Positions 1 through 285 of a DNA stretch of 285 nucleotides are shown here, one piece after another. How positions within the stretch are numbered: the stretch's first letter is position 1; every line of letters begins with the position of its first letter. Origin of the DNA: a phage; the sequence record AF419421.1, one strand, 5' to 3'. The notes beneath the pieces are model-generated. The model searched no databases, was not told where the DNA came from, and was given only the letters and a program-made list of their open reading frames with translations. The position numbers and the translations under genes are program-made.

Positions 1-285
1 ATGGCTATGTCTAACATGACTTACAACAACGTTTTCGACCACGCTTACGAAATGCTGAAAGAAAACATTCGTTATGATGACATCTGTGACACTGATGATC
101 TGCACGATGCTATTCACATGGCTGCCGATAATGCAGTTCCGCACTACTACGCTGACATCTTTAGCGTAATGGCAAGTGAGGGCATTGACCTTGAGTTCGA
201 AGACTCTGGTCTGGTGCCTGACACCAAGGACGTAATCCGCATCCTGCAAGCGCGTATCTATGAGCAATTAACGATTGACCTCTGG
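1..285 (+). CDS. ocr: Ocr (gene 0.3) DNA-mimic anti-restriction protein of a T7-like phage, inhibitor of type I restriction-modification enzymes; 3'-partial CDS (codons 1-95 of an expected ~117; stop codon beyond window)
   Basis: Seen in sequence: ATG at 1-3 followed by 95 sense codons with no in-frame stop; both other + frames hit stops within the first 20 nt (TGA at 17-19 in frame 2, TAA at 9-11 in frame 3). The translation is strongly acidic (20 Asp/Glu versus 5 Lys/Arg in 95 residues). Codon choice is E. coli high-expression style (His always CAC, Leu mostly CTG, Arg CGT/CGC). Established knowledge: the translated sequence matches, from memory, T7 gp0.3 Ocr almost residue-for-residue from Met1 to the ...EQLTIDLW motif that precedes the acidic C-terminal tail. 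The match was recalled, not computed, so exact identity is not quantified. Confidence 0.93.
   Translation, partial: MAMSNMTYNNVFDHAYEMLKENIRYDDICDTDDLHDAIHMAADNAVPHYYADIFSVMASEGIDLEFEDSGLVPDTKDVIRILQARIYEQLTIDLW

Noticed and set aside
71-100. Short local repetition of GATGA/TGATGA motifs (gttatgatgacatctgtgacactgatgatctg).
   Set aside because: It is explained by the run of Asp codons (GAT/GAC) in the acidic protein; it is too short and imperfect to be a meaningful DNA repeat or regulatory element.
1-267. Antisense open frame on the - strand, in the same codon register as ocr, open across 1-267 (about 89 codons) with only one stop (complement of TTA at 268-270).
   Set aside because: It has no ATG in frame (the forward frame contains no CAT codon), only GTG candidates. 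Long antisense frames in register with a real gene are a common artefact, since the only sense codons that create an antisense stop are TTA, CTA and TCA. The + strand frame has a confident homology-based identity, so the antisense frame is most likely spurious.
1-285. Possibility that this gene 0.3 is the T3-type S-adenosylmethionine hydrolase (SAMase) rather than Ocr.
   Set aside because: T3 gene 0.3 occupies the same genomic position but is an unrelated protein. The translation here matches the Ocr sequence and its acidic DNA-mimic composition, not a SAMase.
1-285. A novel, undescribed defence or counter-defence system in this window.
   Set aside because: The window is fully accounted for by one well-characterised gene, ocr. 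Nothing in the sequence (no extra ORF, repeat array or structured RNA) suggests anything beyond it, so claiming novelty would be unsupported.

Overview
The whole 285-nt window is a single + strand open reading frame (95 codons, phase 1, no stop before the window ends). Its translation, [95 protein letters not shown], is one I recognise as the N-terminal ~80% of the bacteriophage T7 gene 0.3 protein Ocr (overcome classical restriction). Ocr is a well-characterised DNA-mimic anti-restriction protein, so this is an interesting counter-defence gene but not an undescribed system. The window is truncated at the 3' end, so the acidic C-terminal tail and stop codon are missing, as are the upstream ribosome-binding site and early promoters. 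No RNA genes, repeats, CRISPR arrays or mobile-element signatures are visible. The only possibly new detail is two residues (Cys29, Val72) that differ from my recollection of the T7 reference; this needs an alignment to confirm.
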